A stretch of 64,000 nt of DNA from Nitrospirota bacterium (GTDB taxonomy: Bacteria; Nitrospirota; Nitrospiria; Nitrospirales; Nitrospiraceae). The translations under genes and the position numbers were made by a program. The stretch is taken from positions 64,001 through 128,000 of the forward strand of contig CAVPBK010000001.1 of assembly GCA_963701855.1 (NCBI GenBank), given 5' to 3'. The notes beneath the pieces were generated by a model. The model saw only the letters and a list, made by a program, of their open reading frames with translations, ran no database searches and was not told where the DNA came from. Positions 1 to 10,432 of the stretch are shown here, one piece after another (position 1 is the first letter of the stretch; each line of letters opens with the position of its first letter).

Positions 1-137
1 GATGGCAGCGTAAGCCAATGGGCAGCAGCGAAATGAGAGGAGCACAGCGGGTTAGAAGGATTGAAGAAATCCTGGACGGTTGTGATGTCCTCACGAAGAA
101 TGAACAAGCAAGCCGCCATAGGGAAGGAGTTCACACC

Positions 138-803
138 ATGAAGGTGGCACAGATTTGGCGGTACCCGATAAAATCGATGGGTGGTGAACGGCTGAATCAC
201 GCGCACATCGGTTCTCTTGGCATCGATGGGGATCGCGTCGTGCATGTGGAGGACGCGCACGGTCATGTGATCACGGCCAGAACACACCATCGGCTTCTCG
301 GTCACCATGCCACGCTCAACGCGTCCGGCGAGCCTGTGGTTGGCGGCTTGCTGTGGAGCGATCCCAAGGTCCGCACAGATGTTGTGGACATCGTTGGGCC
401 TGGCGCCCGGCTGGTTCGCGACGAGTCGAGCGATCGTTTCGACGTGCTCCCCTTGTTGGTCGCGACGGATGGAGCTATCACGGCCTTTGAACATGATGGT
501 CGGCGACTCAGACCTAACCTTGTGATCGGCGGGGTCGAGAGCCTGACCGAGCGCTCGTGGCCTGGACAATGCCTGCATATCGGAGACGTCATCATCGGAA
601 TCCAGGATCTTCGTGGGCGCTGCATCATGACGACGTTTGATCCTGACAGCCTGAAACAAGATCGTCAGGTGCTCACAGACATCGTGCGGAAATTCGGGGG
701 CACGCTCGCCTTGAATTGTTACGTGATCCGGGGCGGCAAGATTCGAGTCGGCGACACCGTGGAGCTGGCCCGACACCATGAATGCGAGACCGCCCGCGCG
801 TAG
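138..803 (+). CDS. MOSC domain-containing protein
   Basis: IWRYPIKSMGGE N-terminus, RLRPNLVIGG, RCIMTT motif, G-x-I-x-VGD C-terminus. AAGGAG RBS before ATG138, so the ORF-track start at 18 is probably too long. Confidence 0.85.
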   Translation: MKVAQIWRYPIKSMGGERLNHAHIGSLGIDGDRVVHVEDAHGHVITARTHHRLLGHHATLNASGEPVVGGLLWSDPKVRTDVVDIVGPGARLVRDESSDRFDVLPLLVATDGAITAFEHDGRRLRPNLVIGGVESLTERSWPGQCLHIGDVIIGIQDLRGRCIMTTFDPDSLKQDRQVLTDIVRKFGGTLALNCYVIRGGKIRVGDTVELARHHECETARA

Positions 804-1121
804 AGAGACCAACTCATGAGCGAGATGTCCCAAAAAGTCTCCTGTCAGATTTCTGTTGGTCCCGAAACTGACACTCACCTGCAAAACAGCGAGGAAGGTC
901 ATCTTCCAAAAAAACTGAACGGTGCTGGCTGCATGAGCGGACTCACTGCCAATCGGACAGCAAAATTAAAAAAGAAAAACTATCAATGAGCAACGAATCA
1001 AAGACCGTTGTTTTTGAAGCCTTAGATCGTGAGTGGAAACCATGTGATATTTCCGGGATTCCAGTAGCAGATCCGCAATGCTTTTTGAGCCACACGCTAG
1101 GGAATCCGTTCTTTTCCGCCC

Positions 1122-2036
1122 ATGCTAATTGATAGTCCGTCCATTTCAGGTGCCACCTTTCAACGCTGTCGCTGGGTCAAACGCCATGACAGGGCGGACA
1201 CCGGGGAGGTGTTGGCACTTGTGAGCGATATCCTAAGCGTCGTGGAGCAACAAGGAAAGTTTCTAATAGATGTGCCTGAAGGCTGGGTTCCTGAAAAGTG
1301 GGTCAAGGCTGTTAGGGGTGGTACACAACGATACGTTGATTACATGAATACCATGAAGCTTTCGGACTCTGATGTGCTCTCGCCTGAGCAGCGGCGCGAG
1401 ATTGCTCTGCTTCGACTGCTAGTGCGCGAGCTTCAACGATTATTGGGGATTGGTGCGGACCAGACGGTTCAACGTCTTGGACATGCGTTCCATAACGTCG
1501 ATCGAGAGTTGCGAACGCTAGTTTCTGACACAGAGTATTCAATGTACATGTTCCGAGTCATCAGTGCTGACTGGGACATGCTGTCGATGGAAATGCGAGA
1601 AGGCTGTTGCCGAGTTGTGGGTCTTGAACTACAAGAGGCGGAGGAGTTGATTAACACACAGGGGTTCTCCATCAATTGTTCGGGCTCCCGTCGATTCAGA
1701 ATCAACACTCTGATCTCTAGAAACACTGCGCTCCATCTCCATGGTGTAACCGTTGAGGGCACTGTAAGAGAAGTTACAGTTCATCCGCCCATACCTGTGG
1801 GTGAAGAGAGCACAATGCATAATGCGTACTCTTTAGTGCTAGAAGATGAAACGGGCTCTATAGTTGCGGAAGTCATTGACACTGGCGAGCCAGTTCTGTC
1901 TTTCCCAGTTCCGCCTTTTCAAGGTAGGAGAGTCGTCATTGATGGAACCGTTGAGGTACTAAGCCAAGGATTGACGAACAGGCCACTTGTCAGGCTCAAA
2001 GCACAAGCGGGAAGAGTCCGTTTAGTGGACGACTGA
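1122..2036 (+). CDS. hypothetical protein, possible C-terminal OB-fold-like beta region
   Basis: 304-aa ORF, visibly more AT-rich than its neighbours; no recognisable motif; start uncertain. Confidence 0.55.
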   Translation: MLIDSPSISGATFQRCRWVKRHDRADTGEVLALVSDILSVVEQQGKFLIDVPEGWVPEKWVKAVRGGTQRYVDYMNTMKLSDSDVLSPEQRREIALLRLLVRELQRLLGIGADQTVQRLGHAFHNVDRELRTLVSDTEYSMYMFRVISADWDMLSMEMREGCCRVVGLELQEAEELINTQGFSINCSGSRRFRINTLISRNTALHLHGVTVEGTVREVTVHPPIPVGEESTMHNAYSLVLEDETGSIVAEVIDTGEPVLSFPVPPFQGRRVVIDGTVEVLSQGLTNRPLVRLKAQAGRVRLVDD

Positions 2037-2082
2037 GCCGTCACTTGATGGCCTCCGATAGCTACCCGGAAGGATGTCTCGA

Positions 2083-2240
2083 TGTGCTCATTTTGTGCTC
2101 AACGCCATCTCACTCCAGCTCACTCAGGCCTACTCCAGCCAAAGTCGATTTTTTCGCAACTCCTGGCTAGAATTGGCCTGAATGAGCCTGAGTGGGCTGG
2201 AGTAGGGTGGTGACAACGCTTTCCTAACCCGCTGGTCGGG
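2083..2240 (+). other. att-like remnant: direct-repeat arm-like motif, 10-bp-period inverted repeats, tRNA-Arg-like core
   Basis: TGTGCTCA-TTT-TGTGCTCA, then CTCACTCCAG/CTCACTCAGG/CCTACTCCAG mirrored by GGCCTGAATG/AGCCTGAGTG/GGCTGGAGTA, then ACAACGCTTTCCTAACCCGCTGGTC; aligns to the reverse complement of 51496-51611. Confidence 0.5.
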
Positions 2241-2309
2241 TATCTAGGCTGCCAGAACAACTCCTTGAATTTCAAAGCGGAGAAGAGGGCCCAACGACGG
2301 TTGGATCGC

Positions 2310-2735
2310 TTGCTCTTTACTGCGCGCATCGAACGACCGTCTTCAATCAAAATGATCCCTCCAAGCTCGCTTGTTATCTCTTCAGGGATGGGGGCTGATT
2401 GATCTTCCACTGCGCGCGTCCAACGAGGGCCTTCGGAGGCCGCGCGTTGCGCGAGCACAGAAGAGCATCAGGCTCCATCCCTTCCTCTGCTCCAAACATC
2501 TGCTAAGGGGAGTGGCCAAGGCTGCCCTCTACTGCGCGCATCGAACGAGCACATTCTTATCGTGCGCGTTCTGCGAGCAAGGAGGGCACCTGGCCACTCC
2601 CCTCCCATCCTTCCAAGCTTGCTCGTTTTTCCCCTAAGAGGGTGGCCTGATTGGTCTCCCACTGCGCGCGTCCAACGAGGGCCTTCTGAGGCCGCGCGTT
2701 GCGCGAGCACAGGAGACTAATAGGCTACCCTCCTC
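2310..2735. repeat. composite GC-rich intergenic repeat with two copies of module A (CCACTGCGCGCGTCCAACGAGGGCCTTC.GAGGCCGCGCGTTGCGCGAGCACA)
   Basis: Copies at ~2407-2460 and ~2659-2712. The same module occurs at ~34140, ~47862 (reverse), ~55528 and ~56275. Confidence 0.85.
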
Positions 2736-4199
2736 TCACCAACCCAACACCCATCGGTGCCCATTCTTCTCCAGCAGCGCATCTGCTTCGCTTGGCCCCC
2801 AGCTCCCAGCCGTGTAGAAGTGACTGGATTTCTCGCCAGTCAACAGCGGGTCATAGAGGCGCCAGGCCGTTTCGGTGAAATCCGCGCTGACGAAGAGGGT
2901 CTGATCGCCAATCATGACGTCGCGGAGAAGAGTCTCGTAGGCTTCAGGGAGCGCGCCAAAGGCTCGTTCATAGTCGAACTCCAGCGCATGGTCGCTCAGT
3001 TGAAACGGCCTCCCCGGACTCTTCACGGAAAAACAGAGCGAGAACCCTTCACTGGGCTGGAGCATGATCAGTAACATGTTGGGGGAAATACTACCGGGAG
3101 CAAGGGACCGAAACACTTGGGTGGGAGCCTCACGAAAGACCACCGCAATCTGGGTCAGTTTACGCGGCAGGCGTTTGCCCGTCCGGAGATAGAAGGGTAC
3201 GCCCCTCCATCTCCAATTGTGAATCTCCGCTTTCAGCGCGACATACGTCTCCGTGGTCGAATCCTTCGGGATACCCTGTTCCTCGCGATAACCTGGAATC
3301 GTCTGGCCGGCGAACTGCCAGGACGCGTACTGGCCAAAGACAGTATCTTGAGGCGTGATCGGCGCAATGGAATGGAGCACTTTGAGCTTTTCGTCCTGGA
3401 TCGCAGAGGCATCGAAGGACCCCGGCACTTCCATCGCGATGACAGTCATGAGTTGGGTCAGATGGTTCTGAACCATGTCGCGGAACGCCCCGGCGTGTTG
3501 ATAGTAGGCCCCGCGATGCTCGACGCCGAGATCTTCGGCAACGGTAATCTGAATATTCTCGATTGAGTCGCGATTCCAGAGCGATTCGAAAATCGGGTTC
3601 GCGAAGCGGAAGGCCAGGAGATTCTGCACCGTCTCTTTGCCGAGGAAATGATCGATGCGGTAGATCTGGGGTTCCTCGATATAGCGATGCAGGGTCGTGT
3701 TCAAGTTCCGGGCTGAGTGAAAATCTCGGCCAAATGGTTTTTCAAACACGACGCGGACCCATCCATGGCTCTTGAGCAGTCCCGTCTGGTCCAGTCCCTC
3801 CATGGCAATGGGCACAGTGTCCGGTGGCACGGCCAGATAGAACACCCGGTTCTCCGGCATCTTGTGCGTACGTTCCAACTGCCGGATGTGCAGGGCTAGG
3901 GCCTCATAATCATGCAGCCCTCCTTCATGCAGAGGCTGGTAGTGAAGACACTCCTCGCACCAGGCGCGCAACTCCGTTTCATTGCGCCCGCCGGCTTGCC
4001 GCAGACCTTCGAAGACCCAGAGCCGAAACCCCTCTTCACCCATTTCTTGTAAGGCAGCACCGACGATCAGCGTGTTGCGAGTTTCCAGGACTCCCTGGTC
4101 TCGCAAATGATACAGCGCGGGCAGGAGCTTCCGACGCGTCAGATCGCCGGTCGCACCAATGATCACAAAAACGTGAGGCTCAACCTGATGTTCCGACAT
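2736..4199 (-). CDS. zwf: glucose-6-phosphate 1-dehydrogenase
   Basis: GATGDL NADP motif, [34 protein letters not shown]. Confidence 0.97.
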   Translation of the reverse strand: MSEHQVEPHVFVIIGATGDLTRRKLLPALYHLRDQGVLETRNTLIVGAALQEMGEEGFRLWVFEGLRQAGGRNETELRAWCEECLHYQPLHEGGLHDYEALALHIRQLERTHKMPENRVFYLAVPPDTVPIAMEGLDQTGLLKSHGWVRVVFEKPFGRDFHSARNLNTTLHRYIEEPQIYRIDHFLGKETVQNLLAFRFANPIFESLWNRDSIENIQITVAEDLGVEHRGAYYQHAGAFRDMVQNHLTQLMTVIAMEVPGSFDASAIQDEKLKVLHSIAPITPQDTVFGQYASWQFAGQTIPGYREEQGIPKDSTTETYVALKAEIHNWRWRGVPFYLRTGKRLPRKLTQIAVVFREAPTQVFRSLAPGSISPNMLLIMLQPSEGFSLCFSVKSPGRPFQLSDHALEFDYERAFGALPEAYETLLRDVMIGDQTLFVSADFTETAWRLYDPLLTGEKSSHFYTAGSWGPSEADALLEKNGHRWVLGW

Positions 4200-4237
4200 C
4201 GGCAGGATACTCAGTGTGAACGGTCAACTGTCTCTTC

Positions 4238-4620
4238 GCAGGATGCTGAAACAGTCGCTCTTCTCACCCACCCGACCCCGGCGCGCCGAGACGCGCCTTT
4301 TCCCGTGCGGCGTTCTCGCATCGTTCAGACCCTCAACCTTGATGAGAAGTTCCTCGGAGATCGGAAGCACTGTAGGTGCTTTCCCGTTCGCCAAGATCTA
4401 TTCTAGGGGCGAACGGCCCACACAAAGTGCGGTTTGTACCTCCTCGGCTCTTCACTCGCTACAGCCTTGCCCGCGGAACGGCGCGTCTTGGCGCGCCGGG
4501 GTCGGGCGGGTGAGAAAGGTGGCCCGTTTGAGCATCCTGCGGGAATGTTCTTCTGTTGTGCCAAATTTGCAGGCCATCGAAGTTCCACTAAGCCTACATA
4601 GTTGTTCAGAAGTTTGCTAG
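4238..4620. mobile_element. MITE-like nested repeat, family 1 (TIR GCAGGATGCTGAAA...TTTGAGCATCCTGC)
   Basis: TIRs at 4238-4251 and 4527-4540; inner inverted pair CTCACCC.CCC.ACCCCGGCGCGCC.AGACGCGCC; tail 4568-4620 matches the reverse complement of 28664-28715. Confidence 0.7.
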
Positions 4621-4679
4621 CAGCGTCATCGGCTTCATCTCTCGGCGACCGGACCCTTCGCGCCGTTCCGTCCCGTTGA

Positions 4680-7600
4680 TCAATGACCGTGGGGGGTGAC
4701 GCTCGCTGACGGGCTTGGGACGGCGGAACGCTCTTCAATCCACTTGTAGAGCACCGGCAGCACAATCAGCGTCAAGAATGTCGAACTGACCAGTCCGCCG
4801 ATTACCACGACGGCCAGGGGCCGCTGAACTTCCGATCCAATTCCATGGGCAAAGGCAAGCGGCACCAATCCAAGCAACGCGACCAGCGCCGTCATTAACA
4901 CGGGCCGCAAGCGCATCACGCAGCCGGACATTACTGCCTGTTCAATACCCATTCCCTCCTGCCGGCGAAGGAAATTCATATAGGACACCAGCACGATGCC
5001 GTTCAGCACGGCCACGCCGAAGAGATTGATGAACCCGACTGAGGCCGGCACGCTCAGGTATTCCCCCGTCACCCATAAGGCAACAATTCCGCCGATGAGG
5101 GCAAACGGGAGATTGAGAATGATCAGTGCCGCCTGTTTGAGCGAGGAAAACGACGAGAGCAGGAGCAAGAAGATTACGCCAATGGTGATCGGAACAATGA
5201 TCTTGATGCGGGCCATCGCCCGCTCCATATTTTCGAACGATCCGCCCCAGACGACATGGTACCCTTCCGGGAGCCGGACCTCCCGGGCCATCCGCTGCTG
5301 CGCCTCGGCCACAATGCTCCCGATGTCTCGTCCGTGGGTATTGAAGCTGACCGGCAGATAGCGCTGGAGTTGATCGCGGTTGATGCGCCCCGGTCCCTCG
5401 TGCATCCGGATGGTGCCAAGATCGCTGAGGGGAATGAAGGCCCCACTGCCATCCGTCAGTCGAATATTCCCGATGGTTTCGATGCTGTTCCGATACTGTA
5501 CCGGAAACCGCACGATCAAATTGAATCGTCGATTCTCTTCATACACCCGGGTCGCGACTTCTCCTCCGATCGCGGTTGCAATGACTTCGCGCACATCCGA
5601 AACATTGATGCCGTGCCGGGCGATCTTGCCCCGATCAATATCGATCGTGATGTACGGTTGGCCGAAGAGTTGCTCTACTTTTAAATCTTTGACACCCCGA
5701 ATCGTGCCGAGGACGCTGGCGATCTCGTTCCCCATTTTCCGCAGCTCCTCCAGGTCATGCCCGAACAGTTTGACTGTCACCTCTGCGCGCACCCCAGAAA
5801 TCAATTCGTCCACTCGTTGCTGAATCGGCTGGCTGAGCAGAAAGTTGGCGCCTGGCACCAGGGCCAGCCGCTCGCGGACTTGCTCTTTCAACCCCTCCAT
5901 GGTGGAGGCCGTCGTCCAGGTCTCGATCGGACGCAGCCTCGCAACGGAATCGCTTTCATTCGGTTCTTGCGGGTCGTTCGCCAATTCCGTACGCCCGATT
6001 TTTGACACCATCATCTCTACTTCAGGGAACTCCAGCACCGCTTTCTGCACCTCCCGTTCGATCTTGATCGATTGATCCAAAGAAATGCTCGGCAAACGGA
6101 TCGTGAGGGGCGCCATCGTGCCTTCATTCAGAATGGGAACAAACTCCGACCCTAGAAATGGAAAGAGCGCAATACTTCCTGCTAACGCCAGTCCGGTGGC
6201 TGTCAGCACCGCGTTTCGATGTCCTAACGCCCAGCGCAGCATGGGGAGATAGAGACGCTTGGCCCATCGGAGCACCCAGGGCTCGGCATCGGCGTGCCCT
6301 GCCTTCAAAGTCAGTAAACACAACACCGGCGACAGGGTAACTGACAGAATGAGCGACACTATCAGAGCAATCATGATGGTATAGGCCATCGGCTTGAACA
6401 TTTTGCCTTCCATGCCTTGAAACGAGAGGATGGGCATAAAGACGATGATGATGATGATAATGCCGAAGACCACGGGACGGGCGACCTCCCGAGCGGCATT
6501 GAGGATGAGGGCCTGTCGAGGCATACCCTGGTGACGAGGATCCGACAGATGCCGGTGTATGTTCTCCACCAGCACCACAGACGCATCGACCATCATGCCG
6601 ATGGCGATGGCCAGACCGCCCAAGGACATCAGATTGGCCGTGAGATCGAATCGATCCATCACGAAGAACGTTATGAGCGGCGTCAGAATGAGCGTCGCCG
6701 CCACGATCAAGGCGCTCCTGGTATCTCCCAGGAACAGGAACAGCACAACCACCACCAGGAGAACACCTTCCCCCAACGCCTTATAAACAGTCTTCAAGGC
6801 GGCGGAGATCAATTCGATACGATCGTAAAAGGGAACGATCCGCCAGCCTGTCGGCAGTAGACCCTTGTCCTGTATCTCGGCGATCTTGACCTTGATGCCT
6901 TCTACGACGTCGCGGGCGTTTCCTCCGCGCAGCATAAGCACGATCCCTGCCACCACCTCACGCTCACCGTTCAAGACGACTGCGCCATGACGAATGGCAT
7001 GGCCGATCTGAACCTGGGCAACGTCGTGGATGTGCACGGGAGTGCCGCCCACCTCCTTGACGACGATGTCCTCGATGTCACTCAGTTTCCGGATCAGTCC
7101 CACGCCTCGGACGATGTATTTTTCAGCATGTGTCTCCAGGATGTTGCCCGAAGCATTCGCATTGTTGTTCGCCACGGCGGCAAATACTTCCTGCAGTGAG
7201 AGAGCGTATTTACGCAAGAGCTCCGGCTCGACGAGCACCTGGTACTGTTTGACATATCCACCTTGTGAGTTGACTTCGATGACTCCAGGGACCCCCTTGA
7301 TCAAGGGCCGGATGACCCAGTCCACCACCGTTCGCTGTTCGATCAATTCGCGCTCCACCGCGGCAGCGTCCAGGCCGGCATGAGAAGGGCCTTCCAGATA
7401 GTACTGATAGATCTCTCCCAGTCCGGTGCTGTTCGGCGACATCATCGGTTCAGACCCAGGCGGTAGATGCTCCTGCACTTCGATCAGCCGTTCGAGCACG
7501 AGTTGCCGGGCAAGGTTGATGTCCATCTGATCGTCGAACACCACCGTAATCAACGACAATCCTACTTTGGTGAGCGAGCGGAGTTCCGTCAGATGCGGAA

Positions 7601-7826
7601 CCCCGGTAACTTGTTGTTCGATGGGAAAGGTCACCAGCCGTTCGACCTCTTCGGGGGACAAGCCGGGCGCTTTCGTGACGATTTGCACGAGCACGCTCGT
7701 CACATCGGGAAACGCGTCGATCGAAATCGTGCGGAAGGCATAGCCCCCCAGAAGGGTCAGCAGGCCGGCGAATGTGAGGATCAGTAAGGGGCGGCGAAGA
7801 GAAAACTCAAGAAGTTTGTCGACCAT
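4680..7826 (-). CDS. czcA: CusA/CzcA family heavy-metal efflux RND permease
   Basis: DAFPDVT..VQIVTKAPGLSPEEVE, GMMVDASVVLVEN, RLRPVLMTA, GSEVQRPLAVVVIGG; 1048 aa. Confidence 0.93.
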   Translation of the reverse strand: MVDKLLEFSLRRPLLILTFAGLLTLLGGYAFRTISIDAFPDVTSVLVQIVTKAPGLSPEEVERLVTFPIEQQVTGVPHLTELRSLTKVGLSLITVVFDDQMDINLARQLVLERLIEVQEHLPPGSEPMMSPNSTGLGEIYQYYLEGPSHAGLDAAAVERELIEQRTVVDWVIRPLIKGVPGVIEVNSQGGYVKQYQVLVEPELLRKYALSLQEVFAAVANNNANASGNILETHAEKYIVRGVGLIRKLSDIEDIVVKEVGGTPVHIHDVAQVQIGHAIRHGAVVLNGEREVVAGIVLMLRGGNARDVVEGIKVKIAEIQDKGLLPTGWRIVPFYDRIELISAALKTVYKALGEGVLLVVVVLFLFLGDTRSALIVAATLILTPLITFFVMDRFDLTANLMSLGGLAIAIGMMVDASVVLVENIHRHLSDPRHQGMPRQALILNAAREVARPVVFGIIIIIIVFMPILSFQGMEGKMFKPMAYTIMIALIVSLILSVTLSPVLCLLTLKAGHADAEPWVLRWAKRLYLPMLRWALGHRNAVLTATGLALAGSIALFPFLGSEFVPILNEGTMAPLTIRLPSISLDQSIKIEREVQKAVLEFPEVEMMVSKIGRTELANDPQEPNESDSVARLRPIETWTTASTMEGLKEQVRERLALVPGANFLLSQPIQQRVDELISGVRAEVTVKLFGHDLEELRKMGNEIASVLGTIRGVKDLKVEQLFGQPYITIDIDRGKIARHGINVSDVREVIATAIGGEVATRVYEENRRFNLIVRFPVQYRNSIETIGNIRLTDGSGAFIPLSDLGTIRMHEGPGRINRDQLQRYLPVSFNTHGRDIGSIVAEAQQRMAREVRLPEGYHVVWGGSFENMERAMARIKIIVPITIGVIFLLLLSSFSSLKQAALIILNLPFALIGGIVALWVTGEYLSVPASVGFINLFGVAVLNGIVLVSYMNFLRRQEGMGIEQAVMSGCVMRLRPVLMTALVALLGLVPLAFAHGIGSEVQRPLAVVVIGGLVSSTFLTLIVLPVLYKWIEERSAVPSPSASVTPHGH

Positions 7827-7827
7827 G

Positions 7828-9075
7828 CTAGTCTTTGGGCTTCAACAGCTCGGATTTCAAGGTAAAGGCGCCTTCCTTGACGACCGATTCCCCTTCCTGC
7901 ATCCCTTCGAGGATTTCGGCGAAGGTTCCATTTTTCCCGCCCACCTTGATCGTTCGCGCTTCAAAGACGCCGGGTTCCTTTTGCACAAACACGAAGCTGC
8001 GATCCCGATCGTGCTGAACAGCTGCTTCGGGAACGACCAGGACATCCGATGCCGGTTCGGACGAAACGCGGATCGTGGCAAACATTTCCGGCTTCAGGTG
8101 ACCCTTGGAATTTTCCAAGACGAGGCGCACCTGCATGGTCCGCGTCGCGGTATCGAGAACGTCACCAACATACGCAACGGTGCCCTGGAACACGTCATCG
8201 GGATAGGCAGTCACAAAGACTTCGACCGGCTGATTCGGAACGGTGGTCGCACGCTGCACATAGGAAACATCTTTTTCCGATACATTAGCCACCACCCAGA
8301 CCGTCGAAAGATCGGCCACCACAAACAGTTTTTGAGTGGTTTCGACCAGCTCGCCTTTCGTGAGATCCCGCGCGATCACCCGTCCGGCAAAGGGCGCAAC
8401 AATGGAAATCTGCGAGCGGATCGTTTGGGTCCGTTCCAGCGAGCGGATCTGTTTGTCGTCCATGCCTAACAGCCGGAGCCCCTCGAGTGCTTCCTGAGCC
8501 TCGGCGCGGATACTGATCATTTCTCCTTCGCGGCGCTGCGCCTCTGCCTGGCCGATGACTTTCTCTTGGTAAAGGAACTGCGCCCGCTGATAGGCCTGCT
8601 CCGCCACATGTCTTCGCGCGCGAGCCTTGAGATAGGCAGACTGGGCGAGCCCGAGATCGCCGCTATGGAGCACCGCCAACAGCTGATTGGCTTTGACCAT
8701 CTGACCCAAGTCGGCATGCACCTCGGCCACCCGCCCACGCACGAGGGTCGTAATATTCGCCAACGCGTTCTCGTTCGGCCGTACGACGCCGGGAAATGTA
8801 CGGTAGGTGCGAAATGCCGTTCGTCCGACCGGCTCCACCGTCACACCGGACCGGATGACTTCGTCCGGCGGGAGACGAACAAGACCTGCCTCGCTCGACG
8901 ACTGTTTCGATCCTCTCTCCTCAGCCGGAGCCGGCGCACGGTCACAACCCATGAAGGAGGCCAGCAGCAGCATGCCGAAGAAGACCTTGCACGCAGCACT
9001 CAAACGGCTTCGTGGGCGCGCATGACACTCGTATCGATTTGTACATCGGCCGGAAGAAATGACCATGCCTCTCAT
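7828..9075 (-). CDS. czcB: RND efflux membrane fusion protein (CzcB/CusB type)
   Basis: Lipobox-like FMGC, lipoyl half-motifs, VADLSTVWV, TRTMQVR..L.N..G.LKPEMF; operon position. Confidence 0.9.
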   Translation of the reverse strand: MRGMVISSGRCTNRYECHARPRSRLSAACKVFFGMLLLASFMGCDRAPAPAEERGSKQSSSEAGLVRLPPDEVIRSGVTVEPVGRTAFRTYRTFPGVVRPNENALANITTLVRGRVAEVHADLGQMVKANQLLAVLHSGDLGLAQSAYLKARARRHVAEQAYQRAQFLYQEKVIGQAEAQRREGEMISIRAEAQEALEGLRLLGMDDKQIRSLERTQTIRSQISIVAPFAGRVIARDLTKGELVETTQKLFVVADLSTVWVVANVSEKDVSYVQRATTVPNQPVEVFVTAYPDDVFQGTVAYVGDVLDTATRTMQVRLVLENSKGHLKPEMFATIRVSSEPASDVLVVPEAAVQHDRDRSFVFVQKEPGVFEARTIKVGGKNGTFAEILEGMQEGESVVKEGAFTLKSELLKPKD

Positions 9076-9090
9076 CTGTCCTTTTTACTA

Positions 9091-10359
9091 TTAGAGTGGA
9101 CCGCCCAGTGCCCGCTCAAACCGCGTGAGCGCTATTGAGAGTTCGAAGCGTGCCTGATTGTAATCCACGGTGATCTGGCGCTGGACCCGTTGGGCATCGA
9201 GAACATCCAGGAGACTGGAGGCGCCCTGGCGGAAGCTCAATTGGGCGATGCGAAGCGCTTCTTGCGCTTGCTTTAAGAGCCCTTCCTCATAGACGAGAAT
9301 CTGATCTTGCGCCGTTTCCGCCTCGCGAGCATGTTGGTTGATGGCACGGGCGAGGTCGTTCCTGGCGCGAATCAACTCTGCCTCTTCTTTTCGTTGAGTA
9401 CCGAGCGCCGTCGCAATGTGCCCTTGCTGCCGATACCATAGGGGCGTCGGCAGACTCACACCCGCCATCACCGCCTCGCGGCCTATCTCTCTGGCATACC
9501 CGCCAAACAGGGTCACGTTCGGCACACGGGCTTGACGCTCTTTGGTGACGGTCAATTCAGCCTGTTCCACTACTTTTCCCTGGCGTTTGAGAATGGGATG
9601 CTGCGACATGTCCCTCGCCGCCATCTGCTCCGGGTCCAGATGCTCCCGGAAGGACCGGAAATCTCCTTCCACCTTGTACCGAGGCCCCAAGGCTCCCGCC
9701 GTCAAGGTGTCCAGCCCGACAAGTTTCACTCGCACAACATTCTTGGCTTTCGTCATCTCTTGCTTGGCTTTGAGCACCTCCACATCCGCCTTCACCGCTT
9801 CGAATTGAGGGCCTTCGCCGGATCGGACGCGGGCTCTGACAATGCGCGCCACCTCCTGAACGATCTCTAAGTTCTGCTGAAGCAGGTCTACCGTCCGTTC
9901 CGCCAGCAGCAGTTCGTAGAATAGCCCCTTCACCTCCGCAATGAGATTGAGCTTGGCTTCTTCGAGGCCGACCGTCGCCCCAACCAGACCGGCGGCTGCC
10001 GCGTCCTTACGAGCCTCCCGCATGCCAGGCCATTCCACCGTCTGATGCACCGTCACGCCGCGCTCGGTTATGCGATCCCCGTTGCGGGGGTCTTGAATCG
10101 TGGCATCCGCCGTCTGGGCGGTGATTGTGGGGTTAGGATAGGCGCCGGCTTCGATCCGCCTGCCCTCATTCTGCTCGATTACGCTTCGGGCACCTGCGAT
10201 TGCCGGGTTCCGCTCCATCGCCAAGTCGATGATGCGTCCGAGATCGAACGTGGGCATCAGTTCCTTCGCCTGGGCGAAGGATGGCATCAGTGCCCCACTC
10301 GTCGCCACGGCCACCATCACGGTTATCACTACGGCAAAATTCCAAGGACGAGCCGGCAT
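9091..10359 (-). CDS. czcC: TolC-family outer membrane efflux protein (CzcC type)
   Basis: Signal peptide, AGAYPNP, G..SLLDVLDAQR motif; operon position. Confidence 0.9.
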   Translation of the reverse strand: MPARPWNFAVVITVMVAVATSGALMPSFAQAKELMPTFDLGRIIDLAMERNPAIAGARSVIEQNEGRRIEAGAYPNPTITAQTADATIQDPRNGDRITERGVTVHQTVEWPGMREARKDAAAAGLVGATVGLEEAKLNLIAEVKGLFYELLLAERTVDLLQQNLEIVQEVARIVRARVRSGEGPQFEAVKADVEVLKAKQEMTKAKNVVRVKLVGLDTLTAGALGPRYKVEGDFRSFREHLDPEQMAARDMSQHPILKRQGKVVEQAELTVTKERQARVPNVTLFGGYAREIGREAVMAGVSLPTPLWYRQQGHIATALGTQRKEEAELIRARNDLARAINQHAREAETAQDQILVYEEGLLKQAQEALRIAQLSFRQGASSLLDVLDAQRVQRQITVDYNQARFELSIALTRFERALGGPL

Positions 10360-10432
10360 GTGCTGCCTCCTTCGGAGTCACGATGAGCATGTCTGATCGA
10401 GATCGAAAACGAAACAGGCTGTCGACGTTGTG

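Noticed and set aside
2205..2260. Possible tRNA-Arg gene
   Set aside because: Only an anticodon-arm-like stretch is present; no GTTCGA T-loop or acceptor stem
2120..2710. ORFs 2120-2458 and 2468-2710 sharing MLAQRAASEGPRWTRAV, and similar ORFs at 4216, 28664, 34122, 55495, 56100, 62736 and 63726
   Set aside because: They are translations of intergenic repeat modules, with no RBS or protein motifs
2407..2712. Repeat copies as a CRISPR array
   Set aside because: Only two copies ~250 bp apart, others dispersed; no regular unique spacers and no cas genes
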